Shown piece after piece: positions 26,606-41,966 of a stretch of DNA of 64,000 bases. Source of the DNA: Paramecium tetraurelia (Eukaryota); assembly GCA_000165425.1 (NCBI GenBank), contig CT868330.1, positions 248,001 to 312,000 of the forward strand, read 5' to 3'. A program made the translations under genes and the position numbers. A model generated the notes under the pieces. The model searched no databases. It saw only the letters and a list, made by a program, of their open reading frames with translations, and was not told where the DNA came from. How positions within the stretch are numbered: position 1 is the stretch's first letter; every line of letters starts with the position of its first letter.

Positions 26606-27044
26606 CTATTATTAATAATAAATAGAAAGTGGAATTTTATCAATAAAGTTAAGAAATTATAATATTATAAATGCCCTTTATACACCTCTAAATATAAATT
26701 TGAAGCACTTTAAGTTAGTTCGCAAAATTTGCAAATTAAAACGATTCAATACTTTTTGGCAATTAAAACTTTTTATTTATGTAAGATATTTTAATAACAA
26801 TTTAATTGTAAAATTCTACTTATTAATAAACAAAACTACAACAGATGGTTCTAACTGTTATTTATTTAATGTCTATCATTTCAAGTGACCCCCATATATA
26901 AGTATCATCAAGAATAGGAATATAATAATAGCTATACAGAGATAAGATTATAATCCAATAAAGCAAATCTTATCTCTGTGTAATATAAGAATCCATTTTA
27001 AATGAATTTTATAAGTTTAAAATTTATATATATTTCATATGTAA

Positions 27045-30000
27045 TCAAGGTTTACAAAATTTATTCTTTTTAGAATCTTTGTTTTCAATAAGTATTTAAA
27101 TCCTAGTAATATCTTCACTTCTAAGGCCCTTTGTATACTCTTAAAACTTTTATTATTCAAGGCATTATAGGTCTCTTTAAATAATTAATCAGAATACTTA
27201 CTTTTAGAACCAATTTGCTAAAGCAGTCCAAGATGATAATAATATAATTTATCTCTTTAATTGTTTTAACCCATCTTGTCTTAATTTAAACATCATATAT
27301 AAAATCAGAAAAATCCCTTTAATTTATTCAGGATTATTTTTAAAATAGGAGAGAAAATTGATTTTTAAAAGAATTCTGTTGTAAATAACTAAATTCCCAT
27401 ATATGAACGCAGTTATTAATATTCGTCTAAAGTAATTTATAAATATTTAATTGGAATTGTGAATTGAATAAGTTTCAATTAATAAGTGCCAAAATGATAT
27501 TGGAATATAAGAGAGTAATTATTATTTTGTGTTTTCTACTATCAATGTGACACTTTCCAATAATGTAATTGCTCTAATTGATAATCTTGATGTAAGAAGT
27601 TAAGTTAAAAGTATCTTACATATTAATGTTAAATGTTCATTAAAATTAAATTTAAATATTTTATGGTTATACTATGACAATATTAAATTATAAATTCTAC
27701 CTGCAAGAAGGAAAGTACATAGGAAATCTTCTTCTTACTTCTATTTCAATAAATAATTCTTCGCTATGATATCTATAAAACAGGATTTATTTTCCCCAAT
27801 TAAGATATTTAGATAGAATTCTGGATGTTCAAAATGATGGTTATTTTATAAAATAAACTTCCTTTAAGTGAAAATCATATGAAGGATATCGTAGATGCAT
27901 TATAACACTCCCTTTGAATAATTCTCATTTCTTTATGAAAGTTTCTGGAATTCATCATCAAAGGCCAATTTTTCAAAATCATTAATTTATTAATCTTTTA
28001 ACTCTGGGGGATAAATACAAAACTCTTTGTCTATATCATAGCCTTTGATGGATCCCACTAAATGGTTGAATTTATTTAAAATAATAGAGTTTTAGATTCT
28101 TGACTTATTCACGGATTCAGTTATGTTAATCTAGGATGATTATTGACTTAATCTTTTTTGATTAGATAATGATCTACTATGAAGCATGATCATTTGAGTT
28201 GGTCTTTTAACTAGCATTCTTTAAAACATAGGTTTTTACACTATTTCTTAGGGATTCTTTTTGCTGATTAATTAAATTTATTCAGTCAACACTCCAAACA
28301 AATTATTTGGATTAGTCAAAGCTTATAATTGACTTCTTGTGGTACTATTTGTAGTAGTTTAAGGCATATTATCAAATTCAACAGGATTAACAACTAATGA
28401 TCGCTTAAGACTACCATCAAGCATAGATGCTAATTTCGGTGCTAAAATTGTTCTTCTTCTAGTAGGACTGAATATCGTTGTAGTTTATTCTTCAATTTTT
28501 AGATTTTTGGTCTATAAAAATTAAGGTGGAGTAGCTGCAAGAGACATTCTTTGTTTCGCTTTGCTTTCTTTTTTCTTTGATGCTTGATCTAACATTCTTT
28601 CAAAGATCTTTAGCGTTTTTTAACATTTATTGGGGAGATAATGGAAAATTTTATCAAGATCCTAATCCAATTCATCTATTTCTTCGGCTACTTTCTTTTA
28701 TTCTGGTTAAGGAAATTGCTTTTCAACTTATAAGGGAGTAAAATCAGGTCGTTTTAATATTTCTTCTAATTTCTTAGGTCTATATAACTCATTTGATTTT
28801 AAAGTGATAACATCATCTATGGTTTTTGAATCAAATATAGTCATTTTTAGTAAATCAGAAAAAAAATTAGAAAGCTCAAAATACTTCCAAATTAATTAAC
28901 TAGATTAAATATGAACTTTATTATAAGGAGTTTGTAGAAAATTCATTAATTATGTGAAAAATTAAGAGATCTCTGGAATATCTAAAAATAGCATCAATCT
29001 ATAAGGAATATTATAAAAAATCAGGAAGAATATTGACATTTCAGGGTCTTGATGTAAAAGGAAGGATAGGTATTATACAATAATTTCTGGACAAATAGTG
29101 ATGGCTACCAAATCCTATTTTAGACATTCATAAATCATTGAATATGCTCTTTAATAATATTCCTTGTTAACTCTGGTAAGCAAAAAGTTATTTCTATTAT
29201 CAGTTATCACTTGCATAGTTCTAAAAGCCCTAAATTGGATCAAGGGTCTTCTTTCTTATGAAACATTAACATTTAATTGTCTAAAAGAAGGAGGATCTGG
29301 AGGATTCATATCTACATAAAAATTATATAATTTCTACAATTAAAATGATATATTTACATTTGGAATTACTTAAGGGTTTTTTGTTGGAAACAATAGAAAT
29401 GACAAAAACAAGTCTAGGAGCATATTAGACTTAAAAACTTCGCTGCTCAATTAATCAACAGTTGCATGATTAGCTACTAATAAAGGTACTTCACTTGGTT
29501 GAAATAACCATTCTTCCAACATTTATTATTTTAATTCTTTTTTTGTTAATCCATAATTTGATGCTTCTTCTCTTTTTTATTCTATTTTTTCACTTATAAA
29601 ATCTAAGTTCTTTGAACTCATCACTTAACTTAAGGCTACCAATTCTTAAATATTTGATATATGATAATACAATCTTCAACATCGATTTCAAACTACGAAT
29701 CCAATTCTCGTAACAAAACCCATACATTTCTTCTTTCTAAAGCAAATTGGAAACATGAATTAAGCATGTCAAAATTAGAATTATATTTTATGAAACTCTT
29801 AAAGAAATCGTTTACCTTTTAACAAACAAATTCATTGTCAAAAAAGGGCAGTTAGATTTTATAGATAAAATTTTTGGAGTTCTCTAGTAGAAACCATCTA
29901 AGTTTGGTTTCATTATCACTCACAGTTTAACAATATACTAAAAATGTCAATAATCGGTACAATACTCTCCTGGTTAATGAGACATTTAGTAACGCAATCA

Positions 30001-30301
30001 AAATACAGTTTGACGTAGTCCTATTCTTCCCAATACCTATCTTATAAAGCATATAATAATAATAAGGCCTATAATGAATTTATTGATACACTATTTTCAT
30101 ATAATTGACTGGCGATCAGTAAATATTTCAATATATTAGGTTTTTATTACAACACTGAGATAATTGAAGGAAAAGGCAACATTCTACTCAATTTTCTACA
30201 TACGCTAAACATCAAGGTTTATCTTCTATTGTCATCCTATTCTTAAAGCTATATTTTTAAGACAATTTTACAGTTTCTTTGAATTACTCACATAATTCCA
30301 T
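27045..30301 (-). CDS. Large hypothetical protein (about 1000 aa, helical, with an S/T/R-rich central region)
   Basis: Long open frame in the ciliate code joined by several 23-27 nt GT..AG introns; no family recognised. Confidence 0.6.
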
Positions 30302-30329
30302 TTTATTAATTATTTAATTCAGAAGTATC

Positions 30330-31421
30330 ATGAAAAAGTTAATACTTGTACTTGGCGGTTCTACTTTCATGGGAAAGGAATTATTGTAGGACCTTTCTTA
30401 GAATGAGTCATATGAAGTTCACTTTATAAATAGAGGGAAAAATTATTGGAACAATGCAGTAAATCAGATAAAGAATGCTTATTATACATACGGTAATCGA
30501 GAGGATACAAATGATTTTACTACTTTGATAAGGTATCTCTCAAAAAAACTCGGGGTTGGAGTTAATGGTAGAATTTGGGAAGCTGTTGTTGATTTCTCTG
30601 CATTTTACAGTAGTTAAGTGAAATCTGTGTATGTTGCTTTAAGAGGATTGTGCAATTTATACATATTTATATCAACTGATTCAATATATGATGTATGCAA
30701 GATAAGAAAAATTCCAATAACAGAAGATTAGGATCAAAGAAAAGAATTAACAGAATCGTAAAAGAAGGGAGAGAGTTATGGCCATGTAATAATATTAATT
30801 TGAATATTTAGAATAAATTGAAATGCGAAGAGTTTCTATAAAATTATGTAATCGAAGGTTCATTTAGATATGTCATTTTGAGACTTCCAGATGTTATTGG
30901 GCCTTTTGATGATTCTGGAAGGTTTTTCGCTTTAGTAAAATGGCTTCAATAAAATGACAAGCATCCTATTTAAGTGGTAAATATGATAATTAATTAGTTA
31001 GGATTAAGCTGTGCAATCAGAATAAATTAGTCTTGTATTTAGCACAGATGTTGTGAATTGCATTAAATATTTCATTTAAAATATTCCATAATAAAATTAA
31101 ATTTATAATGTTTGTTTTGATGAGACAATTTCATATATTGAATTAACTTAGGTGATAGTAATACTTTAATACTAATTTTAGCTTGATAAAATATCACAAA
31201 AATAACTCAATATCAAACATGTAGTAGAAGCGAGCAAATTCTATCCTTCAGTTGATTGTGGAATTATTAGCAATAAAAAAATCAAGGAATTGGATATAAA
31301 ATTCACTCCTTTGATAACAGCTTTGGAAAAGACCATTGAGTTTTTTATGAAGGAAGCATCAAATTATGAAGCAGAAAACAAGGCTGCTCTTGAAAAGCTT
31401 AATAGGAAATTAAATGCTTGA
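30330..31421 (+). CDS. NAD-dependent epimerase/dehydratase (atypical SDR) family protein
   Basis: ILVLGGSTFMGKEL, FINRG, AVVDFSAF, YIFISTDSIY, YG..K.KCEE, LRLPDVIGPFD. Confidence 0.85.
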
Positions 31422-31701
31422 GCAGGTTATGAATTATGATTTAAATATTAATTCCAATGATATAAAATTGAAAATAATTATTTATAATTAATGCAAAAAA
31501 AATAATTAAAACTGATTAAATTTTAAGTTCATCTAATTTATTGAATTTAGAGCTCTGATTAATGTTAGGGCTTGAATTTACTTAAAATTTAGACATTTTT
31601 ATTTTGGTTAAACTCGTATTGATTAAATACATACTATAATCAGAAATATATGATTGGATATCATCATAATTGAGTATGATTTTTATTAATTATAATTTAT
31701 T

Positions 31702-33265
31702 ATGAAACACTCTTTATATTTTGTATCCTCTAAGTAGTAATCGTTTTGGAATAGAGATTTAAATGCCTTAGTTAATTACGATTTTCGTGAATTGTCTGAA
31801 AATTAAAAGACTATCGTATTGATTAAACAAGGCCAAATCCTCAAGATGATAACTCCTCGGAGATACAAGATTTATAGACAGCACTTATTCTATTTTCGAA
31901 AGGTAAGGTATTTATTTTATAAGTGATTTAATAAAGAGTGGTGAAATTGGAGGCTTTCTCCTACTTAAAAATGTATATTGTTCTTTTCGCAACAAAGACA
32001 ATACTATTCTTATTACTCTATCTCATGAGTTTTAGTAAATAGTCCTACAAACCGGAAATAAATCGGAAGAAGTTGACAATTTTATTGTTGAATTGAAACA
32101 GAATTGCATCCAAGAATCAATACCCCTTGCTTTCTAATATTTAAGGTAAAAAATAGGGGAAGGTATTACTTCAGAGGTAATTTTTCAAGATTATTTGTTC
32201 TAGGTATTTGTGATAAATCATCTAAATAATGAAAAATTTGCAATTAAAAAAGTGATAAAAGCCCCATTAGGACACAAAATGAGAGAGAAACAAGCAAAAA
32301 GTTTGGCTGAAGAAATATTTATTATGCGAAGTCTCGACAATCCAAATATTCCGAAATTATATGAAGTATATGAAAGTGATGGTATCTTTTCATAATTAAA
32401 ACTTAGATTCTGTAGAATTATTAATGACTTATTATGAAGGTGGTCATTTATATGAAAAGCTATAGAATTTTTCACTTAAACAAAAATAACAATTAGTAAG
32501 AGATATTCTAGAAACTATGAATTATGTCCATTCATAATAAATTATGCATCGAGACTTGAAACCATAAAATATCATGTACAAAGACAAAGACCCTACCAGC
32601 ACTGATGTAGCCATAATTGATTTCGGATTTTCGACTAATTATAAATATTAAGAGCATGTATTATATAATTGTGGTACTCCTGGATATGCAGCACCTGAAG
32701 TTCAGGAATACAAGGAAAAATAAAAAATGTATACCACTTAATGTGATGTTTTCAGTTTGGGTATCATAGTTTATGAAATGTAAATTCTTTATTAATAATT
32801 AGTTTCTATGGGGTTCACCCTTTTAAATTATCTAATTCTGGCAGTCTTTGTTTCAATGAGAAGATCAAGTTGCCCTAATCATTAAAAAATCTCATTATCT
32901 AAATGACTCGAATCTAACCTAAATATAGATTCACATTAAAGGAATGTCTAGAACAAGACTTTTTTCGGGAAAGTCTAGATTCTAATTGCTTTGATGATTT
33001 GTTGAAATTCAGTTTGGTCGATTCAATCTATTAAAAATCTTAGAATGTTTCAAGAAAAAATTCAATAGATCCCATCAAATAAGAAAAATAAAATAAAAAT
33101 GAATCTGTTAAAAATAAAACTATTAATTCTACTGTTGCTGAATCCAGAAATCTTCTTTTTAAAAGCTTTGGTCCTATTGAACAACAACTACAAGATGATT
33201 TACAATTCAGTGAGAATCACAATTTTCCAACTGACTATAACAATTTACTTTAAAAAAGAATCTGA
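31702..33265 (+). CDS. CAMK-group Ser/Thr protein kinase with N-terminal PH-like region
   Basis: IGEGITSEV, FAIKK, IMHRDLKPQNIM, IIDFGF, CGTPGYAAPEV, CDVFSLG; tiny introns. Confidence 0.85.
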
Positions 33266-33576
33266 AAATTAAATAAATTCTCACATTGATGATCGCCTTA
33301 ATTTATATAATTTTGTATTTGATTACTTTACAAAAATAAATTTAATTTATCATCAAGTATCTATTAGAACTGTTTTTAAATCTTCAATCTCTTAAGTTTT
33401 ATATAGTGATAATAATGTATATTAAATATTCGATCCATCCATTAATGAAATAAAGATGTGGATTCTAACGGGCAAAATACATCAATCAACCAAAAAAAAC
33501 TACAAAAGAAAACAAAAATAAAAAATCATCTATCTACTCAAGAGTAAACTATTTGTATTAGAAGAAATTTACACAA

Positions 33577-34808
33577 ATGCAAAATAAAAATAATCAAAAT
33601 CCTGTTATTGTCGATCAAAAATACATATTACTTAATTTAATATATTAAGGAAAGGCTTCAACAATCTTTGAAGGTATAAAACTATTGTTATTTAAGCGAT
33701 CAATTTATAATAAAAGCAAGAATGTGTGTAAGAATGTCTCTAATATCCAAAAGTGATAATAGCACTAAAATACTATCGTTCCGGTCATGAGATTAAATTT
33801 AATTGTATTTTAAAGCTTATTTTGAGAATCACAATGAGGAGAAAAATCAAGTTGGATAAATACCTTAGGACTTTTAATATTATCTAGTTAAATTGATTGA
33901 GCATGTGATTTTCATGAATCAATACAATTACTAAGTCTTAAATAAAACTAGCCCCAATTTAAAGTTCTGACTCTATTTTTGGAAATCAAAGTTTTCATTA
34001 GAATGCATAATTTTAATAACTTTAAAAACTGTATTATTTGTTAATATTTTAGATTGATGCATTAAAATTATTGCATTCTGCTAACTTTGTCCATGCCAAT
34101 TTAAATTTGCAAAGTATTTAACATGCTTGGAAAATTTGAAGAGAATTTCCTTAGGCAACTTTTAGAATTCTATTTTGTTCAAACCAAACTCTAAGATAGT
34201 ATTTCATTTAAATAAATATTCAAGTGTAGGACAGCATTTTGGGATATGTAACAATTACTAAATAAATCATTAAAATTATATCCTAAAGATGATTTAGAAT
34301 ATAACTCTTGACAGAAGGAGAATTCTTCGATTAATCAAAATAATTTAAAAAAGAGCAAAAAATTATAGTGGTATTTCTCAGTTAAACATTTTCTTCCTTG
34401 TTTTACTGATTTCGCTAATAAGATCAATCTTATCGCTAATAAGATCAATCTTAAACCCTTTATATTTGCCTGTTAATTATGATAGTTTGAAAGCTGTTTT
34501 TAAAGGATGTAAAAATTTGGATTTCGATTGGATAATTGATTTGGTCTAAAAATAGTTTCCTTAAATAAATAGATTAAAAAAGTATAGTGGAAATTCATCT
34601 TAATAAGTATCAATGTAAAATTTAGAATTTAATTCTGCATAAAATCTCTAAATACAATTGATGAATCTTAAATGAATAAGTCATCTGTTTACATCATATT
34701 TTAGTAAAATAACAAAAAAATAATTGAGATTATAGTAATTTGAATCCAGAGACATAAGAATCAGATGGGGAACTCTCCTTCAAAGAAGAGTCAACAAAGA
34801 AAAGCTGA
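33577..34808 (+). pseudogene. Decayed casein kinase 1-like gene
   Basis: VIVDQKYILLNLIYQGKASTIFE start, HSANFVHANLN in place of the catalytic loop, YPKDDLE (CK1-type RDDLE); several TGAs and frame breaks. Confidence 0.45.
34412..34453 (+). repeat. Perfect 21-bp tandem duplication
   Basis: tcgctaataagatcaatctta occurs twice in direct tandem. Confidence 0.9.
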
Positions 34809-35053
34809 GTTTATTGTTTTATATGATAACTTGCTTAAGTAGTTTCATTTTCTTATATTTATAAATGAAATTCTATTAAGTTAAAGTTAAAGAAAAATTT
34901 TTCATAAGAATAAAATTTTTGATTTTAATTATAATTTTTTGAATATTTTATTATTTGAAAAGAGAAATTTGATTTAATTCATATAAAAGAAACTACGTTC
35001 TGAAAATAGAAAATATTTAAGGAATAGTATTATTATTGTTATTTTTTTTATAG

Positions 35054-38000
35054 ATGGTTTTCAATGATGAAATTTTTTCATCCAAAAAAATAAATTTGGT
35101 TCAGTTAGGCCATGCATAATACCTAACACTATGCTTAGGATTATCAGAGTATTCAATTATAAGGAAAGGGATCAATTCATTTTTCTATTTTAAATTGATG
35201 CATTAACTAAGACAATTTAATAAAGCCTATTTAATTTTTAATTATGATGCTTTTGGCTCATTCATAATATGATATTTTAACTGAATAACCTATGAAAATA
35301 TTCAGAGACTGGGTAAAATAAGTCATCCATATTAAAGTCTTAATAAAGAGAACTTATTACTTTTTAGTGTCTAATTTTATTAATTATTATTGTATTTTCC
35401 AAAAAATTTATAAAAAAGAGTAAATTTTCTTTTAGTAAATAACAAATTATGGTTTTGGAAGAATCTTCTATATTTTTTTGTATTTTATAATTGGATAAAT
35501 GTTTAAGGGTTAGAATTAATTAAATATAGATTATTGCTCAAATTAATTTGGATCTACAAACAAGACAAAATTGATATTAATTTTATTCAAAATTTTCTAT
35601 AGGAAGTATGAAGATATGATTTTATTTTATACTAATTCTTGAATAATATTTATTTTTTTTAGTTTCTTCAAATGAATTTGCTAATGATATTATATTTCAA
35701 GTTATTTTTGACAATGAGTAACTTTAAATGCGAATCTAAACTATGCAATAAAGGACATATTGTTATATTAATAAGGAAATATAAAAAATAAATAGACATT
35801 TTGAATGATTCTAAAATAGAACCTATTTTTAAAGCTATTCAAATGCATCTCCAAAAATAAGCATTGTTTAAAAACCATTCAATGAAAATGAAATAATTTA
35901 TTTTGCCTCATAAACTAAAAAAATAACTAATTTATTATCTCATTTACCTTCAAATTAATCATAGATAGTATTGCCATAAAGGGCCGTTATTTTATTGAAT
36001 CAAACATAAGGAGTTGTGTGAGTTAAAATAGTCTCAGTATTTCTTTTTACAATTAGAAATTAATTTTTTAATTTCTTTAATGAATGTTATTATCCAGCCT
36101 TTTCCAACATATTATCGAGAGCAGCTAACAGATGGTTGAGATTATTCAACTAATTTGGATAAATACTATGAGCAATTTAGATTTATTCATTTTCCTAATG
36201 CGAATAAGATATTTATGCAGGAATGTTTAGTTCTGCTTATTCTGAATCCATAAATCTTTGTTATATAAAAATTTATATAAAAATGATTATAAAATTATTT
36301 CTTAATTTTAACATTTAATGGTTAAATTCTATCAAACCAGAGTAAAATTCATTTATATTATGATGTTCTTTTATATCAATCTTAATATTTAAAATTAATT
36401 AATATGATAAGGAAATCCCTTCCAAAATTTATTCCACCCTATTTATAGATATTATGTTATCATTAACATTAGGTAATGTTTATATTAATAGAGCTGCTAA
36501 CCCTTTAAATGAGAAATATAATGATATATCAATTAGGAATAATAATTGTAATTTAGAAATAATAATTCTAAATGGCACATGAACATATATTAATATCATA
36601 TAATTTATTTCTCCAAATGTTTTACAGCTATTCTAAAGTATTCTTGAATTTTTCCAAATTAGCATCTATTGAAATCTAATAAGTCAATAATTTATTAATC
36701 ATTATAGACACCATCTATTAAATTCAAAGAGCCCGAATGTTAATTAACAAATGTAAGATAAAATTTATTATTATTTAACTTTATTTAGCCCTAAATACAA
36801 TTTTAATGGCATATGGAACAATTCATTTCATCAAAATACTATTTAAATAGTAATTAAAGAACACTAATTAAAACAAGTTTGCTAAAATTACAAGACAACG
36901 AGTCTTAAATTATTGCTTCTGTGAGATTAAATATTATTATTTCTAAACTAATGATAGCAGCTTCTTTATCCTATAACTCATCCAAAATAGCTATTTTGTA
37001 TTTGGTTCTTTCTGAAACATAGTGTGTAAAGTATAATTTATAATCTTCATACAATTAAGAACATAGAAAGCTTTTTAATTCATAATTTAAATAATGAGGA
37101 TGTGTATAATACGCAAGACTTTCAACTAAAAATTTAATTGCATTAATCAACTACACCTTAGAAGTATCTGCTTTAATATTGCAATTAGGATTTTTTAAAT
37201 AATCAAACACAGGCATTTTTATGGAAGACAACGACTTTTTGCATATTCCTCTGCACCAACTTAATACTGTTTCATTCAAGACTGTGTCAATTAATGACTC
37301 TTTTCCACTCAAAGGTACTTTCAAAACTAAATTTGGTTTCTTTTAAAATTTGTGTAATCTTATGCATGCTCTTACAACAATCACACTTCTTTTGAAAATT
37401 TTCTTTAGAGAGTTTAAATTTTATAATTAGAGTAAGTTTTGGCTCATAATAAATTTAAGACTTTGAGTCTATGGGCATACTTTCATCAACTATCTTTTAG
37501 GAGACATTGATTTTCCTGACTTTTTTTAAGGACTAATCTCAAAATTAAAATCAGATATGAAGAGATTTCTACTTTACCTATTCGAGAATTGTAATAGAGG
37601 CTGTTCATTATCAGTCAGATGGATAGATTCTGTCTTCATTACTCAATTTATTGTAATTAATTTGATACCAAAATTTTATTAACCTCCCTATAAAGAATTA
37701 TAGTTAAACATCCAAGTAAATATTAGAATAGGATAGCCTTTGTAAAATTATATGTTATCATTTAAAGCATATTTATATAAGAACTTTAACTTAATAAATT
37801 TTATTTCTAAAAATAGTATTTTTTGTAATGCATTTAATATATAATTTAATAATATGTAAAATTGTTAAACTTATTTCTAAGCTAAAGTAAAGTTATAAAA
37901 TATAATCATTAATAGAAGTCTATTAGAAACAATTATAGATGCTCGATCGTTATATCAAAATACTATGATATTTTTTCATTTAATTTTGGTCTTAAACTTA

Positions 38001-39224
38001 TTAGTTTTTCAATTTCTTCGGCAGGATAGATACCTTAAATTATTTAGTTATTTGAACATGATGTCTTATGAGATTCAATTTTTAAAAGAAGCTTTATTCT
38101 AAGTTTCCTTAATATTTAATTAGACCAAATTTGTTGAGATTGATATTGACATTTTAAGTTTACTAACCAACATAATAAAAGCAAAAATGTTTGGTTTTGG
38201 GCATTCAAAAAGAATAAAGCAAATCTAAAAAAAAGTAACACTTCCATCACAATCATAGATTATTAATCTAATGTTATTTCAATTATTCAAATGAGATATT
38301 TATCAATAAATTATACTTTTACTTTCTTAATGGAGTTCTTCTAGGTACAAACTCTATAAATTATGCCTTCTCAGTTAAAAATAATTGTGAAAAAAAGTGG
38401 CATTTCATTCTATACTCAAAATATCTGGATTAGGGAATATTCCATATTTTCAATAAAAAATTTGATTGCATTTATAATTATTAAAGGTTGTCTTCTTTGA
38501 TTTTATTACCTGGAGATCTTAAATAATTAAAGAGTTTTGAGGGGATGGTCAAAAAAGATTTAAAAAATCCCCAAAACCAAGATTTGAATTACTCATTTAT
38601 AGTTTAAGGAAGCTTCAAAGTTGTTTTTTAACTTTTTTTAAATTTTCAATACTATGTTAATAAGGTGATTCTATTGTAACTTTTTATAACCTTCTAATAA
38701 ATTTAAGAACAATCACTAATAATCTTAATCTTCTCTTTATTCCCATCATTTTGGATTACTTTAATAAATAGCTTGCATTATAGAATCTCATTTATTGTTC
38801 TTTTGGGTAATTAATCATATATTCTCAAAGTATGGTTTTTAATATAAAATCTAATTCAATGTTTTACTTATTTGATTAAAATAATGCGATTAACACTTTA
38901 TTATACTTGATCTAACATGGTTTTAACTCATTTGTTTATTAATATTATTTAAATTCACTAATATTTAGAGGAGATTCTAACATATATAGGAATTAATTTC
39001 ATTCTAAATTTTTCATTGTTTATTCTTTTGAGATGGAATAGCGTTTTTATTCAATTTTTCTGTTTTACTAATAGCAATCAAAGATTTTATTTTGAAAATG
39101 TAGACGGTCTCTTTTAAGAACATTAGGAAATGATTAATTTGTTTGTTATCATGATTTTCTTTAAAGTATTTTAATAAATTTTAGTTTCATAATTCTGTTT
39201 TTACTCTCTGGTAATTGGATTTGA
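35054..39224 (+). pseudogene. Decayed large coding-like region, possibly a membrane-protein remnant
   Basis: Patches of open frame with hydrophobic segments (e.g. about 38490-39224) interrupted by TGAs and frame changes; no intact model could be built. Confidence 0.3.
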
Positions 39225-39261
39225 TGATGAATTTTAGGATTAATTTATTATTTGTAATATT

Positions 39262-40382
39262 ATGTAAATAAAAAGAAGTTCAATTGAATAAGGAGGATTA
39301 GAATAAATTTTGGATGGCAACATGTCTCCAATTGCTCTTTAATTGGATTTAGAGTAGGATACTCAATCAATAATGAGTAAAAACGATACTAAAAATAAAT
39401 TTCAACCCTTCTAAAATGAAAGAAACTCAATTGGGAAATTAATCCAAAGAACAAAAAGTAATGACACTACCTCTAAATTTCACTTCCTTAAAAGTCAATA
39501 AGTAGTCTTACTTGCAAAAGGCAAAGAAACTGTACCTCATGTTAGTCTTGCTCACCAGTTAAGCACTACTTATTTACTGGGTCTTAAAAAAAGAGATATA
39601 ACTCCGATGGACAAAGCAGTCTCCTTGAGACAAAGGCTCAGAAATTTTAAAATCAATCTTCAAGCTGATTAAGGCTTCATTAAACAGTTTAGAGAATACA
39701 AAAAATAGTATATTCCGAAAACTCAGCTAAGCAGAGCCTTCTTAACTCCTAGGAGAGAACATTTTTATAGAGATGTACATATTGAATTGTTTAAGGTATG
39801 ATAGACTCACACTCCTGGGCCTGGAGTCTACTCAGATTAATTGTTAATCACTGAACCAGGTCAATCTATGGAATTTAATAAAAGTCCATAAATGAGAAAG
39901 TCTCCATCTCCAATTTGTTAAAGGGACTTTTATGATTTCCAATTTATGAAAAGAAATGACAATTCACCTGATTTCTAGAGAACCATAAGTAGAGATAAGG
40001 CATATTAAAGAAGTATTTTTGCTTAGATTGAGATTCAAAAGAAGGAGAACATGGTATTTGAAATAGGTTTATAGTGAAGAAACTTCAAAAAGAGGAACCT
40101 TATGATGAATAAGAAATTAACAGGGATATTGAGTACTTATTGTATCAGTAATAAAAGTATGGAAAATTAAGTATAATTTAGGTGTATATAGATTAGATTA
40201 TTAGAGAATACTTGATAGCAATAATGAGATAAAGAAGTTTGCCTAGCCAGATGCTCTTGATACTAATTGGAGTAAAATGCTGTAAATTTAAATATTAATA
40301 ATATAGAGAACGATATGGATTTAAGAGGTTAAAAGGAGGGAAAATCAAAAAGTAAAGAGTGTAAACAGCTGCAAATGGGTGA
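39262..40382 (+). CDS. Hypothetical protein with a PGP (SHIPPO/STPG-like) motif, possibly ciliary
   Basis: Long open frame from ATG 39262; HTPGPGVY motif near 39808-39831; 3' end approximate. Confidence 0.55.
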
Positions 40383-41493
40383 ATATTTAATTCATTTATT
40401 TATTGCTTTTTTTTTATTCTAAATACATTTTATTTTTATTAATATTATTTTTCAAAATAAGGAATGTTATTTAACACTGAGGGATATTAAACTGGAAAAT
40501 GCCATAGTAAAAGAAAATAATAATAAGAGGTTAAAATCTCGTAGGAGTATTTTATAAATCTTATGTAGGAGTTGAATGCTGATAATAAAGATATGATATA
40601 TCGAAATACATAATAAATTAATGAGGATAAAATAAATTAATTTGATTCCATCTCTTATGATAAATAGATAATAATTTAGTTATTGGCTTAAAACTTGATG
40701 ATATGAGTTTCTATAAATATAACATAATGAAGATCCTAAAACTAATGATCTTATTACCTTTATTTTTGATAAATCATCTTTTAGCCAATTAAGGCATTTT
40801 TAACAAAACTTCAAAATTGAAATGAGTTTCTGTATCAAGTACGAGATTCTAATTACATTTTTAATGAGAAGATACTTTATAGGTAGCATTTAATTCAAAA
40901 TTTAAACGATTAACTTATTCTTTCAATTCTTAATTTTATCTAATAGTCCAATTATTGACTTTCTTAGGTGGGGGAAGCATTTACATTTAATCAATATCTA
41001 AAATTCCTCCGACTATTCTATATTTGCTATAGGTTTTAGGTTTCGGGTGGCATTGCGTTTATCTATTTTAGTGTTTATTAATATTTTCTTAATATAATCA
41101 AGTATAATTCATGATGAATTCCTAAATTATTAAATAACAGAAATAATAGTAAAACATAATTACTATGATTTGCAAGAAAGCACATATTAATTTTTCATCC
41201 TAGAATAATCTTTATATTTATAATAATTTAAAATTCATCCATGAAAAAGTATTTTTAGCTTTTTCATTTTGTCAATAGTTAAATGAAGAAAATAGCAAAA
41301 AAGAAAAGAAGAAAATCTTCTTTATTTTACGTATTAATACTTTTCTTAAAGCATCATTAAGTAAATAATTTTTAATTAATTTCCTAAATTTAAGCATTAA
41401 ATAACTTAATTACGTCAGTTGAGTATCAAATAAAACTTTTTCAAAATTTCATCGTAAAGTATAAAGCATAAATTTTTCACAGTTGTCATAATT

Positions 41494-41966
41494 AATGGAC
41501 ATAAAATATAAAACGGGTAATTTGTACAAAAAAATCAGAATTAATATTTTTTAAATCATATTTCTAAAATCCACTTTTACAACTTACCTTATGTAGATTA
41601 ACAAGGAGTAATTGAAGAATCAGAACCTTTAGGAATAAAAAAATGAAAATTCTCAAATTCTAATAAATGTTATTTGTAACAAACTACACAACATTTGTGC
41701 TCGAACTTGCCAAATAAAATATCCGAAGATATAAATTAAGAAAATCAAAAAGAATTGCTTAGACTTTAAGAAAAAGAGGGACAACAAGTCTCAAAGTTCA
41801 AGAATTGATTAAAATGCAAATTAATGTCTGTGTCAAACGTGTTTAGATCTCAAACTTTTAGAGTATATCTCATAGTTGAAAGCTGTTGAAAATTTACAGA
41901 ATCAATTAGAAAGTGTTAAAGAGTTGATCTATTTTTTTTAATAACCTTGATATTTTATTATCTTGA
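41494..41966 (+). CDS. Small hypothetical protein with a CLCQTC motif
   Basis: Open frame ...KIKKNCLDF...QCLCQTCLDLKLLEYISQLKAVENLQNQLESV; boundaries approximate. Confidence 0.35.
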
